A stretch of DNA of 64,000 bases, taken from positions 148,738,001 through 148,802,000 of the forward strand of contig OX597814.1 in the NCBI GenBank assembly GCA_951406725.2, read 5' to 3'. The translations under genes were made by a program, and so were the position numbers. The notes under the pieces were generated by a model. It had not been told where the DNA came from and made no database searches. It was given only the letters and a program-made list of their open reading frames with translations. Within the stretch, counting starts at the first letter, position 1. Each line of letters starts with the position of its first letter. This document shows, piece after piece, positions 13,981-26,442 of the stretch. This DNA comes from Octopus vulgaris. Its lineage: Eukaryota.

Positions 13981-14308
13981 AAATATATATTGGTTCATAA
14001 TCTAGATAAATTCCGGAGATGTAGGGGAAATAATGATAAGAATATTATGTGTGTCTAAAATTCTTTAAATCTATCATAAAAATATCCTAATTTCTTGAAA
14101 ATTGCTTACGTAATCTCGGAAAGGGGAATCAGATTAGAAAAGCAATACAGAGTTATTAATATATGCATGGGAATTACGATTCGGAATACATTATTTATTT
14201 CTGCAATGAAAATGTTCAGTTATGTGAAATGTAATCTCTAGAACCCTATTACGGATTCAAAGGTGCTATTAAGTAAGTGTATCTTCAGAATCACAGAGAG
14301 AAAATGAT

Positions 14309-14316
<8 letters not shown>

Positions 14317-14362
<46 letters not shown>

Positions 14363-14378
14363 GAAGAGGAGAGAGGGA
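14317..14378. repeat. (GA)n microsatellite
   Basis: Visible run. Confidence 0.95.
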
Positions 14379-15946
14379 AGTAAATTTTAATATGGTTTTT
14401 AAGTATAAACATTTGTTAGGTGGCTCCCTCGAAAATTTTATTTATTTGAAATTACACAATAAGAAAGACTAGCGTCTGCAAGTAGTCCTACTAACAGAAC
14501 GTTTTGAGGATTAAGCGACTTCAGATACTTTATGCGAGAAAAACGACAAGTGGCCAAAATAGGTTTGATGGTGACAGGTTATATAAATATCAGTTTTGTT
14601 CATGTACATCTTTTACCTGCATATTGATCTTTGCATGCATATGCACGGTAGATGATAGATAATTTTTCCTGTTGATAATTAATATAGGCTGTTGCAGCAA
14701 ATGCAGTTTGTCATGGACCCAGAGTTGGCAATTATGAACTGAGTAGGAAAAGACCGTGTTGAGGAAAGTCCATGTCATTTTAAAGAAGTAATTTCCTTGC
14801 TCACGGGAGAGTCAAGTAGAGTTATACGATCCCTACACTTTAAGTAGAGCAGATGTTTGTAAAGCGGATTGAGCGTAAGTACATTTATTTCTTTAATTTT
14901 CTTACCAAATGCGATCCAGCTTCTCAATATCCTTCACCTGAGGAGGCCGGCTGAAGTTAACTTTATCTCTGGATGTAATGTGGAGGTAGACGTGTTCTCC
15001 AGAGATTAGGCAAAATCATGTTCGTTCTATGGCAAAATGCAATGACCAAACATTTCTTTAGAATGTCAATGTAAGAAGAAAACACTCTTTATATTTACAG
15101 CCGTTATTCAACTTAAGAATAGAACATATATGCATGTATGTAGATTAATTTCCTTCACTTCAAATTTTAAAATATTTATGTCTAACGAAAGCCAAATCTT
15201 TCTTATTTCAAATTTTTCTATTTCGCATTTATTTCCGAATTATAAATTAAATATGTTCTCCAAATATTATATAATATAAATGCTCACACACGTGCGCGCA
15301 TGCATATGCAAACACGTTGTGAAGAGCCCCCGTATTTTATTTAACTATTTTGTCTGTTGGAAATGACAAATTCAAAATTGTTCTAGTTTGATACGTATTC
15401 CTATGCAATTTGTGTATACTTCACTTCATGGTTATTTACATCTCTTATTTAAAGTTTTTGTAGATATTTCTAATTAAGTAGGTCAGCCGCTCTGATTTCC
15501 AGAGAAGACTATTTGTTGGAACTGCCTCTAAAGCCATGCACATATTCGAAGACCTAAATAAAATCATCTCCAAAATGTATAATTGAGCGGAGCGAAGAAT
15601 AGCGAAATATTGTGTAGAAAGCGATTGAAATGCGCCAATAAAATTGATAGTAGAATAAACATCTACATTGCTAAAACTAAAAGATCGTTCATCGTGAGGT
15701 CCACAATTCAGTAAAGCATGAGAGGGCTGCAATTGCTATATTTCTTCACTTCTACATCAACATTAACGAGATAAAAATGGTATTTAGACTCTTAAAATGC
15801 GTCATTGCATCAAGGAACAATGTAGCCTCCCCTTATAAATGAGCATTCATTCTATATCTTTTATATTCCCAATGATATTCAGCTTCAACCGAATAATATA
15901 AATAGTGAAATTCCAAATATAGTTTGGTGTATCGGCATTGCTTCGG

Positions 15947-16027
<81 letters not shown>

Positions 16028-16030
<3 letters not shown>

Positions 16031-16244
16031 GGTCCCGGGTTGAGTCGGGGTTAACCACAGTAAATAAGGTACTCAATACATAGCAGAGTAAATTAATTTA
16101 TTTAATATATTTTATAGAAGGAGCTTCTACAGGACTAGAACTGTTTCATTCAAAAGAAATCATCAGGAAGCTCCTGATGGTTTCTTTTGAATGAAACAGT
16201 TCTAGTCCTGTAGAAGCTCCTTCTATAAAATATATTAAATAAAT
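16028..16244 (-). mobile_element. Non-autonomous PLE-like terminal-repeat element with fold-back, inserted in (TA)n
   Basis: (TA)n on both sides (15947-16027 and 16245-16270). Inverted arms 16096-16168 and 16172-16244 (one mismatch) contain a hammerhead. Confidence 0.75.
16120..16174 (-). ncRNA. Type I hammerhead ribozyme
   Basis: Minus strand reads GGAGCUUC-CUGAUGA-U UUC UUUU GAA U-GAAA-CAG UUCUAGUC CUG-UA-GAAGCUCC. It has an 8-bp stem I, full core, stem III ACAG/CUGU and a GUA cleavage triplet. The only deviation is a U.U pair at the base of stem II. Confidence 0.85.
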
Positions 16245-16709
16245 ATAATATATATATATATATATATATGTCTTTGTGGGGGTGTAGCTATGGGTGTGTG
16301 AGTGTTTGTCAAATCAACTGCAAAAGCAACAGCAAACGTCAAAAACAAGTCAAAATCAATATTATTAAGCTAACACTTACAGAAGTAAAATTATAAACGT
16401 TGTGGATATAGATTTCCATTGGATAAAAGAGGAAAGTCCATGGAGGGACAATGCAGACAAGTAAGGTGATTAGAAAAGAGAGAAGAGAGCTAGGATTGCA
16501 TTCAGAAGTTAGATCTCAGGCTAACCAAATATGTGAGAAAAATTTCTACACTTTAATGGCAAGAGATTATCCTTTCAAGCGTGTGTATGCGTATATGAAG
16601 ACATGTCTGGACATGAGCCTACGACGCAGCTTACATGTATTTAGTATGTATGCGTATATATATTCATCAGCGTATGTGTGCATGTGTACGTGTATGTGAG
16701 CTTATGTAA

Positions 16710-17030
16710 GTGAAGGTGCGTGGCTTAGTGGTTGGGGCGACCGCTCGAGATTGTAAGGTTGTGAGTTCAATTCCCAGCGACGCGTTGTGTCCTTGAGTAA
16801 AACACTTTATTTCCCGTTGCTGCAGTCCACTCAGCTGGCAAAAATGAGTAGTACTTGTATTTCAAATAGACGGCTTTCTCACCCTTTGTGTTACGCTGAA
16901 TCTCCCTTCGAACTACGTTAAAGTTACACATGTAAGTGGAGTGCTCAACCACTTGCACGCTAATTTCACGAGCAAGCTGTTCGTTGATCGTATTGGCAGG
17001 GACTCTCGTCGTAGTAACCAACAAAGTGCT
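16710..17030 (+). mobile_element. SINE family C (tRNA head + central domain), tail type 1
   Basis: A box tggcttagtggttgg, B box gagttcaattccc; core gttgtgtccttgagtaaaacacttt...cagctggcaaaaatgagta shared with 26181 and 62147. Confidence 0.9.
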
Positions 17031-17504
17031 CTCATATGTATAGGAGACATGGGCAGTATATTTTTATGGGTGTAAGTGTATTTCATTGGTAACATCGGGA
17101 GCGTTTGTGTGTGCATGTGTGTGTATGTGTATGCAAGTGTGTGTGTTTGTGAGTGAATAGTTGTATGTCAATTAGTTATGCATTTATATATGTTTGTGTG
17201 TGTCTGTGTGTGTTCGTGTGTGATTTAGTGTGAATCGTATGTTAGATATGTGTTTATGTGTATGTGTGTACCCAGAGGATGCTTGCACTACCAGTATTAA
17301 CACTCGCAGTTAGCTACGAGTAAAATATGGTCGCAGCATGAAGGGCCCAATCAAGAGAGGGGGCAATGTATTCGGCTGTATGTTTGTGCGAGTGTGTGTG
17401 GCCCTGTTTCTATGCATATATATGTGCATGTGCAGGAATATGAATTGTTGCATGCATATGTAATTATACTCATTTGAGAACATTGTAAAGTGCATATAGC
17501 TCTT

Positions 17505-17542
17505 CATATATATATATATATGTAAAGAGAGAGAGAGAGAGG

Positions 17543-17635
<93 letters not shown>

Positions 17636-17660
17636 GGATGGATGGATGGATGGATGGATG
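17505..17660. repeat. (TA)n/(GA)n/(TAGA)n/(TGGA)n compound microsatellite
   Basis: Visible run. Confidence 0.95.
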
Positions 17661-18689
17661 AATCTGTACTGCATATGAAAAACAATTAAATAATGTACAT
17701 AGCAATCTGTCTCCAGTAAGTTTGTTTTAATTGAATAAATGAGAGTCAACAAAATGTCATCTGAATTAGTGCCAAACTAATTCAGCAGAAATTGATGTGC
17801 TTAAATTGATTTCAAGGAGACTTGACTTAAGTTTCTTTTGACATTTATAAAATGAATAAATCTATGTTTATCCTCTTCAAACAAAACTTAGAGCTTGTGA
17901 GGTAATTCTTAATGATGATAATAAATTAATAAGTTCCAGTACTTAGTGCATTAAAATTATCACTGTGTTTCTAGGCCACCACACATATAGCTTTCGTCCT
18001 TCGCATCCTTCGTACTGGTGAAGAGGCATCTAAGAGAATACAGCCTTTATTTGTCTGCAGATTATTCCAATTTCTGATCTCTCACTTTTATTGCTGAACT
18101 AATTATAGAGTATATATGATATGAGAACTAATTAAGGATTATAAAGACTTCTGAGTATTGTTAAAATTGTAATGTTTGTACTATAAGACATTTTTCGTTT
18201 AGCTAATTGTTAGGAGCTGAAAATGCGATTTTAAGGAGGAGGATGAGAACGACTGGCAGATTTGCTATATTTATAATTAAATAAACCTATTTTCCGAGTG
18301 AAAGTATTATAAATAAAGCAGAAGCAAAAATAGGTTACAAGTTTATTGATGTAGACTTCCGAAAATATAATGTGGAAATTAATTTAGAAATCAAATGTGT
18401 TTTGGGTTGTGTGCTTCTCTGTATGTGTATGTTTGTATGTATGTGTATCTGTGTGTATCTATGTGCTTGTCTCTTTGTGTGTGTGTTTGACTCATTGTGC
18501 GTGTGTGTGTGGATGGGTGTTTCAGTATGCGCTTATCAATATGTGTGTTTTAGTAAGCACAGACCTAGTTTAAGAAGATTAAGATTTTTCGTAAAGTCTA
18601 ATTCGAAAAGCAAATATATAATGTATTTATTTGCAGATCATTTTATTTACATTCGCGTTTATTTATTAATCTTGTTTTTTGTGAGAAAA

Positions 18690-19480
18690 GAAAAATACAT
18701 AGGGCTTCCAGCATGAAAACCGTAAGAAATCTCCAGGCACTTCCGCACCTCCCTTATAACATTGCAATTTAGGATCAAACTCTTGGATCACAATAGTTCA
18801 AGTATTTATCTAGACAGAATTATTTAAGTAAATCTTCACGATGGAAGCATCGAATGGACATACACACCAGGAAGAAATGAAGAAAATTATTTAAATGTGT
18901 TGATAAAAGAAGCTATATATATATAGAAATAATTAGAAATTTATTATAATAAAGCAGAAATTTTACACATGGGTGGAGTATTCTTCATATTGTAATTATG
19001 GTCTTCGTTTTCCTGTCTACTGCATTCGATTATAACCATTTGAGAATATTAAACCTGGGACATCTAGATACTCAATGTCTATGGTGTTCGATTGTTTTGT
19101 TTTGCTTTTTGAAATTACATATTATCTAATGTGACTATAATAACACTTTCTAGCATTTCCTTCATCTGCATATGATACACACTGACCAGTTCATTGATCC
19201 CTAGCCCTTTCTTTATCTAGCATATTATTAGAGTTTTAATTAATGGTGTTCCCTTTAAATTTGTTTTCTGACTCGAATATCATCATTATATTTTGTGCTC
19301 TCTGCAATTTCTTAATTGATTATCACTTGCTTCGAATAGTTTGAGTTCATCTATGGACAAAAGATGGTCAGTGTTCTAATAACCTATATATTCACATGTA
19401 GTTCCGTATAGCACATCGTCCAACGTCAGTCAGTAGCCATGTGGAGAGAGTCGCCTTGGTATGCTCATTGTTATCATTAG
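18690..19480 (-). mobile_element. Possible restriction-like-endonuclease LINE relic (NeSL/R2-like)
   Basis: KKGLGINELVSVY (cf. GGLGI), later VCPFD...LDKY (cf. DVTCPFE...KY); many stops. Confidence 0.35.
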
Positions 19481-19504
19481 TATTTTCCTCTTTTCTTACG
19501 TATG

Positions 19505-19569
<65 letters not shown>

Positions 19570-19573
<4 letters not shown>

Positions 19574-19652
19574 TATTTAAAGCAGCAGAAATTCAACAAA
19601 ACCTGTTACTCTGAGTTTTACGTTCCCGTTCGTCGGACAGTTTTTGTTTTAA
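19570..19652 (-). mobile_element. PLE-like tail fragment with degenerate hammerhead
   Basis: Minus strand reads AAAACUGU-CCGACGA-ACG GGAA CGU-AAAA-CUCAGAG-UA-ACAGGUUUU: stems kept, two core substitutions. Lies between (TG)n and (TA)n. Confidence 0.65.
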
Positions 19653-19685
19653 AAAAATGTATATATGTATATATATATATACATA

Positions 19686-20098
19686 GGCGTAGGAGTGGCT
19701 GTGTGGTAAGTAGCATGCTTACGAACCACATGATTCCGGTTCCAGTCCCACTGCGCAGCACATTGGGCAAGCGTCTTCTACTATTAACCTCGGGCCGACC
19801 AAAGATTTGTGAGTGGATTTGGTACACGGAAACTCAAAGAAGCCCGTCTTATATATGTACACATGTATGTGCGTATGTATACATTTGTGTGTTTGTGTTT
19901 TTCCCCCCAACATCGCTTGACAACCGATGCTGGTGAATTTACGTCCCCGTAGCTTAGCGGTTCGGCAAAAGGGACCGATAGAATGACTACTAGGCTTACA
20001 AAGGATAAGTCCCGTGGTCGATTTGCTCGACTAAATGTGGCACTCCAGCATGGCCACAGTCAAATGACTGAAACATATAAAAGAGTAAGAGAGTAAAA
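19686..20098 (+). mobile_element. SINE family A, full length with internal TA/TG microsatellite
   Basis: ggcgtaggagtggctgtgtggtaag head ... ccagcatggccacagtcaaatgactgaaac, then an (AAGAGT)n-like tail. Confidence 0.92.
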
Positions 20099-20258
20099 TA
20101 GTGTATATATATGCCGTAACAATCAAAATTAAAATATTAATATTAGTAATGAACATACCAAAGTGACTCTCGTCATATCCTTACTGATTGGTGTTCGTAT
20201 GTACGCTATACAGAACTACATGGGAAAATATATGCTATAAGAAAATTAACTATCTTAG

Positions 20259-20548
<290 letters not shown>

Positions 20549-20679
20549 TGTCAATCGTAAAATAGAATTCCTTTTTTTACGTGTGACCCATACTAGGCTC
20601 CTTTTCTGTAAATTTTGTGCAATTCTGGAAGTACCACGAAACACACAACATAGCAACTTTGTATTATAGTCGTGGCCCG

Positions 20680-21290
20680 ATGATAGAGTTTACATCTTCT
20701 TTTGGTGTTAGCCCCTTTCTTTTTCGTTGGATGACATTACACAGAACAATCTTTTTATTATTTCTGATGTTTCAAGCAGGCAAAGGGCTGATAGCATCTT
20801 TAATGTTAAAGGACGTGTAGAGAGCAACACTTTGAGGAAACCGAGACGCAATGACATGATAATGGAACCACTGGCCAAGTTCAGACTTATATTCTATATC
20901 ATGAAGTAGTTTAATGACCGAAGTTTGACAGTAAAGCATGACAAAATGTTACGGAAGTCACTCGAGAAAACATTATGTTAATGTTTGTTACATTTTCCAT
21001 ACTTTGCCGAGCTTAATCTCACTGTCAATCATATTTCCAGTTCATTTCAACGTTATTTAGAAGAGAACCAATTTCCTAAATGTGAAGAAGTCAAAAATAA
21101 TAGTGAGTGGTTCTTTGGAACAAAACCTGTATGGTTTAAAGTACCTAGTATCAACTTTTTTTCAGATAGATGGGATTGTACTATTAATCAGAAGGGATAT
21201 TATCGTGAATAAATATACCAATTAAGATCAAAGAAGCTTTTGTTTCTTAAACAACTTGGTATGCAACAGAACTTTCGTTGCAGCCGAATG
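20680..21290 (+). mobile_element. Mariner transposase 3' relic
   Basis: LHFPYFAELNLTVNHISSSFQRYL...EEVKN...FFGTKP...DRWDCTINQKGYY aligns to LPHPPYSPDLAPSDYHLFRSLQ...RW..CI...G.Y. Confidence 0.8.
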
Positions 21291-23060
21291 TTAAACAATT
21301 GTAACTCAGCCAACGAGATGCTACTTTCAGAAAATAAGAAAAGCCAAGTTCTGGAGATTAAACCGACAAGAGCACAAATATTTTACATATATTAATTAAA
21401 GTAGTCCATCTTAGAAACAGAAAAATACTAATTCATACCAAGAACAACTTTTAGAAAAAGAAAAAGAAAAGAACATTAAAAGCTACCAGAAGAAACGTAC
21501 GCTGCTTGCCTTACAAGAGAAATATTAGAAGACGTTTCCCAAAATATTTCTTCGTCTTCCAACAGAAGCAGTGAATTATTAAGTTTACTGCTCGAATTCA
21601 TATTTAGTGTTATGTTTGAAACAAGTTCAGTTTTGCTAAAAATCTTCCAATTAAAATAATCCGTCTTTTTTCCAAGAAATATTATAATTCAATTGTAGAA
21701 GTGAATTGTACCTTAGCATTTCCGGTACACCGTCTCGTTTTCTATTCCCATGACCTTAGTTTTACAGTGGTTGTTTAACGGCAAGTTAACTCTGATCAAG
21801 TAATAGAATAATGAAAGGCACTGAAACTTTGGCCTTCCCGTCTTTTCGCATTTTAGTATTACACGCTCAACTGTCTCAGAATGCTATTCTATCAGATTAA
21901 ACGATTCTTTACTGGCGCTCTTGTGAAGTGTGAATACAATTATTATAATGAAGTTGCTTATTATAAAAATTCCACTCATTCTATTATAGCTGTTAGTTTT
22001 GTACGCGACTGAACCCCTTTGAAAGACGTTCCATCCTTCACCATATGATAACTTTTGTTTGATATTCGATAAAGTGTCTTTTGGCTTATAAGAGTGGCGA
22101 ATATTATGTTGATGATGATTTGAACGTTCAGAACCTCCTTAGAAACTGACATGATATGATTGTATATAATTATGAGTGAAAGTATCTCAAACATGAACAT
22201 TGGACTATGTTATTTCCTAAATAACATATGGATATATATTGAGGACTACATTATCGGATGTTCAGTCGTTCTGTTTTCATCGAGTAAATTATATTTCGAG
22301 GAAGAATATTTTGCTACGCCTAGCAGATTTAGCAAATGCTCAGAAGCCAACAAATCAAGTGATTAAATAAAAGAGTATAGTAACATTCTATTAAAGAGGA
22401 CGAAATACAAGTACAAAAGCTAATGCAAGTGTTCATAAGGGATAAGAAATTTAATGAATCGTTGTCTATGGAAATTCGTATTTATTACTGAACGTTTTTA
22501 AGGGGCATTTTTTTTTGGGGGGTGGATTCAAATGAATCTCTAAGAAATTCGTCAGTAGGTTATTTTAATTTAAGATGCCTAAATCTTTCATACGCCTACC
22601 AGTGAGCCCGTACACTCAATCAATATTCTTACACCACTGTCCTACCTGCTGCAAGCATAGATAACGTACGTGTAATTGTTACTCTTATTGTTATCAAGTA
22701 TATCGAAGTTGATGAATATTTTTTCTTGTTAATTACGTATAGTAAGTTATCATTAAGTGCTTTAACAATGCTTCCTTAACATCTAACTAGTACACAAAAG
22801 TAGGCACTTTTATTCTAAGCTTTTAATCAAGTATCTAGTAGATGTAGTGATGATGATAGTGATGGCGCTTCTATTATAATCAGTTTAGTTTCGAATACTA
22901 TTGTCACTATAAGTACTGCTTAATCAAGGGATGGTGCATTTCAATGAAATCTCTACACTAGCTTTCTGTCACTCCCTCTCTCTCTCCACCCCTCTCACTC
23001 TTTTTATCTTCTCTCGGAGCTACATTATCACACAAGTTTCCTCTTTCACTCAAACTCTAA

Positions 23061-23064
<4 letters not shown>

Positions 23065-23149
<85 letters not shown>

Positions 23150-23251
23150 TGTATATAATGTATATTTGTGTGCATATACATATGCATATAAATTATAAGC
23201 GTATATCCGTATATGTATATGTGTGGTGTGTGTATTTCTGTTAATTATACA

Positions 23252-23338
<87 letters not shown>

Positions 23339-23600
23339 TAATATAATTAACAGAAATACACGCACAAACACACACGGATATATATACATATACAGATATA
23401 CGTTTATTATTTTTATGACCCGGCAATATAAATATATGCATATATATACACACACATATACATTTAGATACATTAATATATGTATATACACACATATACA
23501 CATATATACATATACACATTTATACATATATATGTACGTAGGTATGTGTATGATGAATGGGAAGTATGTGTACAAGCACGTATTTGCGTATGTGTATACA
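23065..23600. repeat. (TA)n/(TG)n/(CA)n microsatellite block
   Basis: Visible run. Confidence 0.95.
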
Positions 23601-23859
23601 TAGCCGTAAAACGCAGTATTAACGCTCGTGTGTCATTCTCAGTACAAGCAAAGAGTGATGTCTATTAATTTCATTGTGCAATCTATTAAACGAATTGACA
23701 GATCAATAACTATTATCTGCATGTATTGTCATCCTGTTCGTTCACTTAATCGATCATCTTACTGTTTACTAGTTACTGTTTTGTTTTAGATTTAGTCACC
23801 CTCATCAGATGCATTAGACGTATGAATATTTTTTTGATTTTATTTCATTACATCCTTCT

Positions 23860-24632
<773 letters not shown>

Positions 24633-25466
24633 AATAATTGATTTACAAGTTTCGTTTGAACTTTTATTACAAAATCAGGCGTACTTCGTTGTTTCTGAAT
24701 TGTATGTAGCATTGTATTTTGATGGACAGAAGGTTGAATTTTCTATATTAACTCTAATTAGTATTATGGGAATAAATTTTTTTATAGCTTTTCGTATTTC
24801 GATGGTATTTGTTCTGTAAAAACAAATGTACTATTGAATGGTAACTGTGTGAAATATGTGTTGCCTGTGTTGGGATATGGGATATGGACTGTGTTGACTA
24901 TGAGTTGTGAGAGTCCCACTATGTTGTGGTTGTTTAACATAACGCTAATCTCTTACAAGAAAACCTATCAGCAAAACATTTAATATTTACCGTCCGTTAT
25001 TTTAGGAGCATTTATATCAATAGTACTTGATATTTTCTTTCTTTAAATATTTGGAGTGATTGGGCCGCTATGCCTTCTGCATCGGACAACTGTATAGTGA
25101 TTCTCTCAATTGTTAGTGATTTCTATGAGTTCTATTACGCTGTAATTTCTTGAGCGAATGCCGACTAACGACTATGAAACACACCGAGTGATTATTTCTT
25201 CTTTACACATAGCCGGTCCCTTGTTTTGCTACGTTTCACAACTTTTCATCTATTTGTCTATTAACTAGGATATTTGATTTATTTGTTGTGCTATATAAAT
25301 GACAAACTGCATCCTTTTGCACAATAGAATTTGAAATTAACAAGGAAGAATGACAGATATATTTAGCAGGATTTTTCCCTGTTTACCGTGGAATTGCCTA
25401 TAAATTTGTAGGCTTTGGTATGCTAGTTTTTACCTCAGTTCTGTTTTTTTCTATTTATATACCTTA

Positions 25467-25865
25467 CTAGCAGTATCGCCTGGCGTTGCTCGGGTTTGTA
25501 AGGGAAATAACTATATAAGCATTTTTAGAGATGTAAAGTATAATAGCCATCTCAATATGGCTAACCACAAAGGGGGTGGAGTGTTACTGTAGCTTTTTAC
25601 GTTCTGAGATTTAATAATAAAATTTTAGAGAGTTACTTCCCTTATATATGACAAAAATGCATTAAAAATGGGAAAAATTGATGGTAATTTTTTTTTTAAA
25701 TCGTAGACTCATCGTAGACGCGCGGTAATACCCAGAAGGGTTCGATATGAATCACGACTATAAGATACCCGGTTTTGGTTAAACTGCACCGCAAAATGTG
25801 GGAGTAGTTAGGAATCTAAATCGTAGGAGACAGGCAGCACACACCCTCTCTTTTATATATAAAGA
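25467..25865 (-). mobile_element. Non-autonomous Helitron
   Basis: Minus strand starts A|TCTTTATATATAAAAG and ends cccgagcaacgccaggcgatactgCTAG|T: 5' TC, 3' CTAG with subterminal hairpin, AT target, no TSD. Confidence 0.88.
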
Positions 25866-26180
25866 TTTCCGTTAAAATGTCCTTGAACCTTCAAAGGTTT
25901 TCGCTACTGTGTGACGTTGCGATATTTTGTTGGAAAGTAACGACATTTCACTAGGTGAAAAAAAGGATTCTCAGTTTTGTCATTAGTTACCATGTCTAAG
26001 TAAATCAGTTTATTAGCTTTGTTTGGACTCTCATATTTTCACCACCCGCATACGCTCGTACACAGTATTAATAACATTCTTATACACATCCTTTTAGTGT
26101 ACTAGATGGAATATCGATACGCTACCCAGTCATATAAGGATTGTCGGTGAATTTAAATTTTACAAGAATATGGCCACATA

Positions 26181-26442
26181 GAATAAATAAAAATAAAATA
26201 AATGCGCCCTTTTAAAGCCTAACCAGGCTCATGGGCCCGGTTTGTATGGCGTATGTTTTCTGCGGCTGGACTGGACGCCAGTGCATCGCAGCATTACTCA
26301 TTTTTGCCAGCTGAGTGGACTGGAGCAACGTAAAATGAAGTGTTTTGCTCAAGAATACAAAGCGTCGCCCGGTCCAGGAATCGAAACCACAATCTTACGA
26401 TCATGGTGCTGACACCTTAACCACTAAGCCACGCGCCTCCAC
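26181..26442 (-). mobile_element. SINE family C, tail type 2, with target-site duplication
   Basis: tRNA head at 26380-26442, A-rich (plus-strand) tail, TSD ggccacata at 26172-26180 and 26444-26452. Confidence 0.92.

Noticed and set aside
14936-15020. CUGAGGA followed by an atctctgga/tccagagat helix
   Set aside because: GAAA and stems I/III not identifiable.
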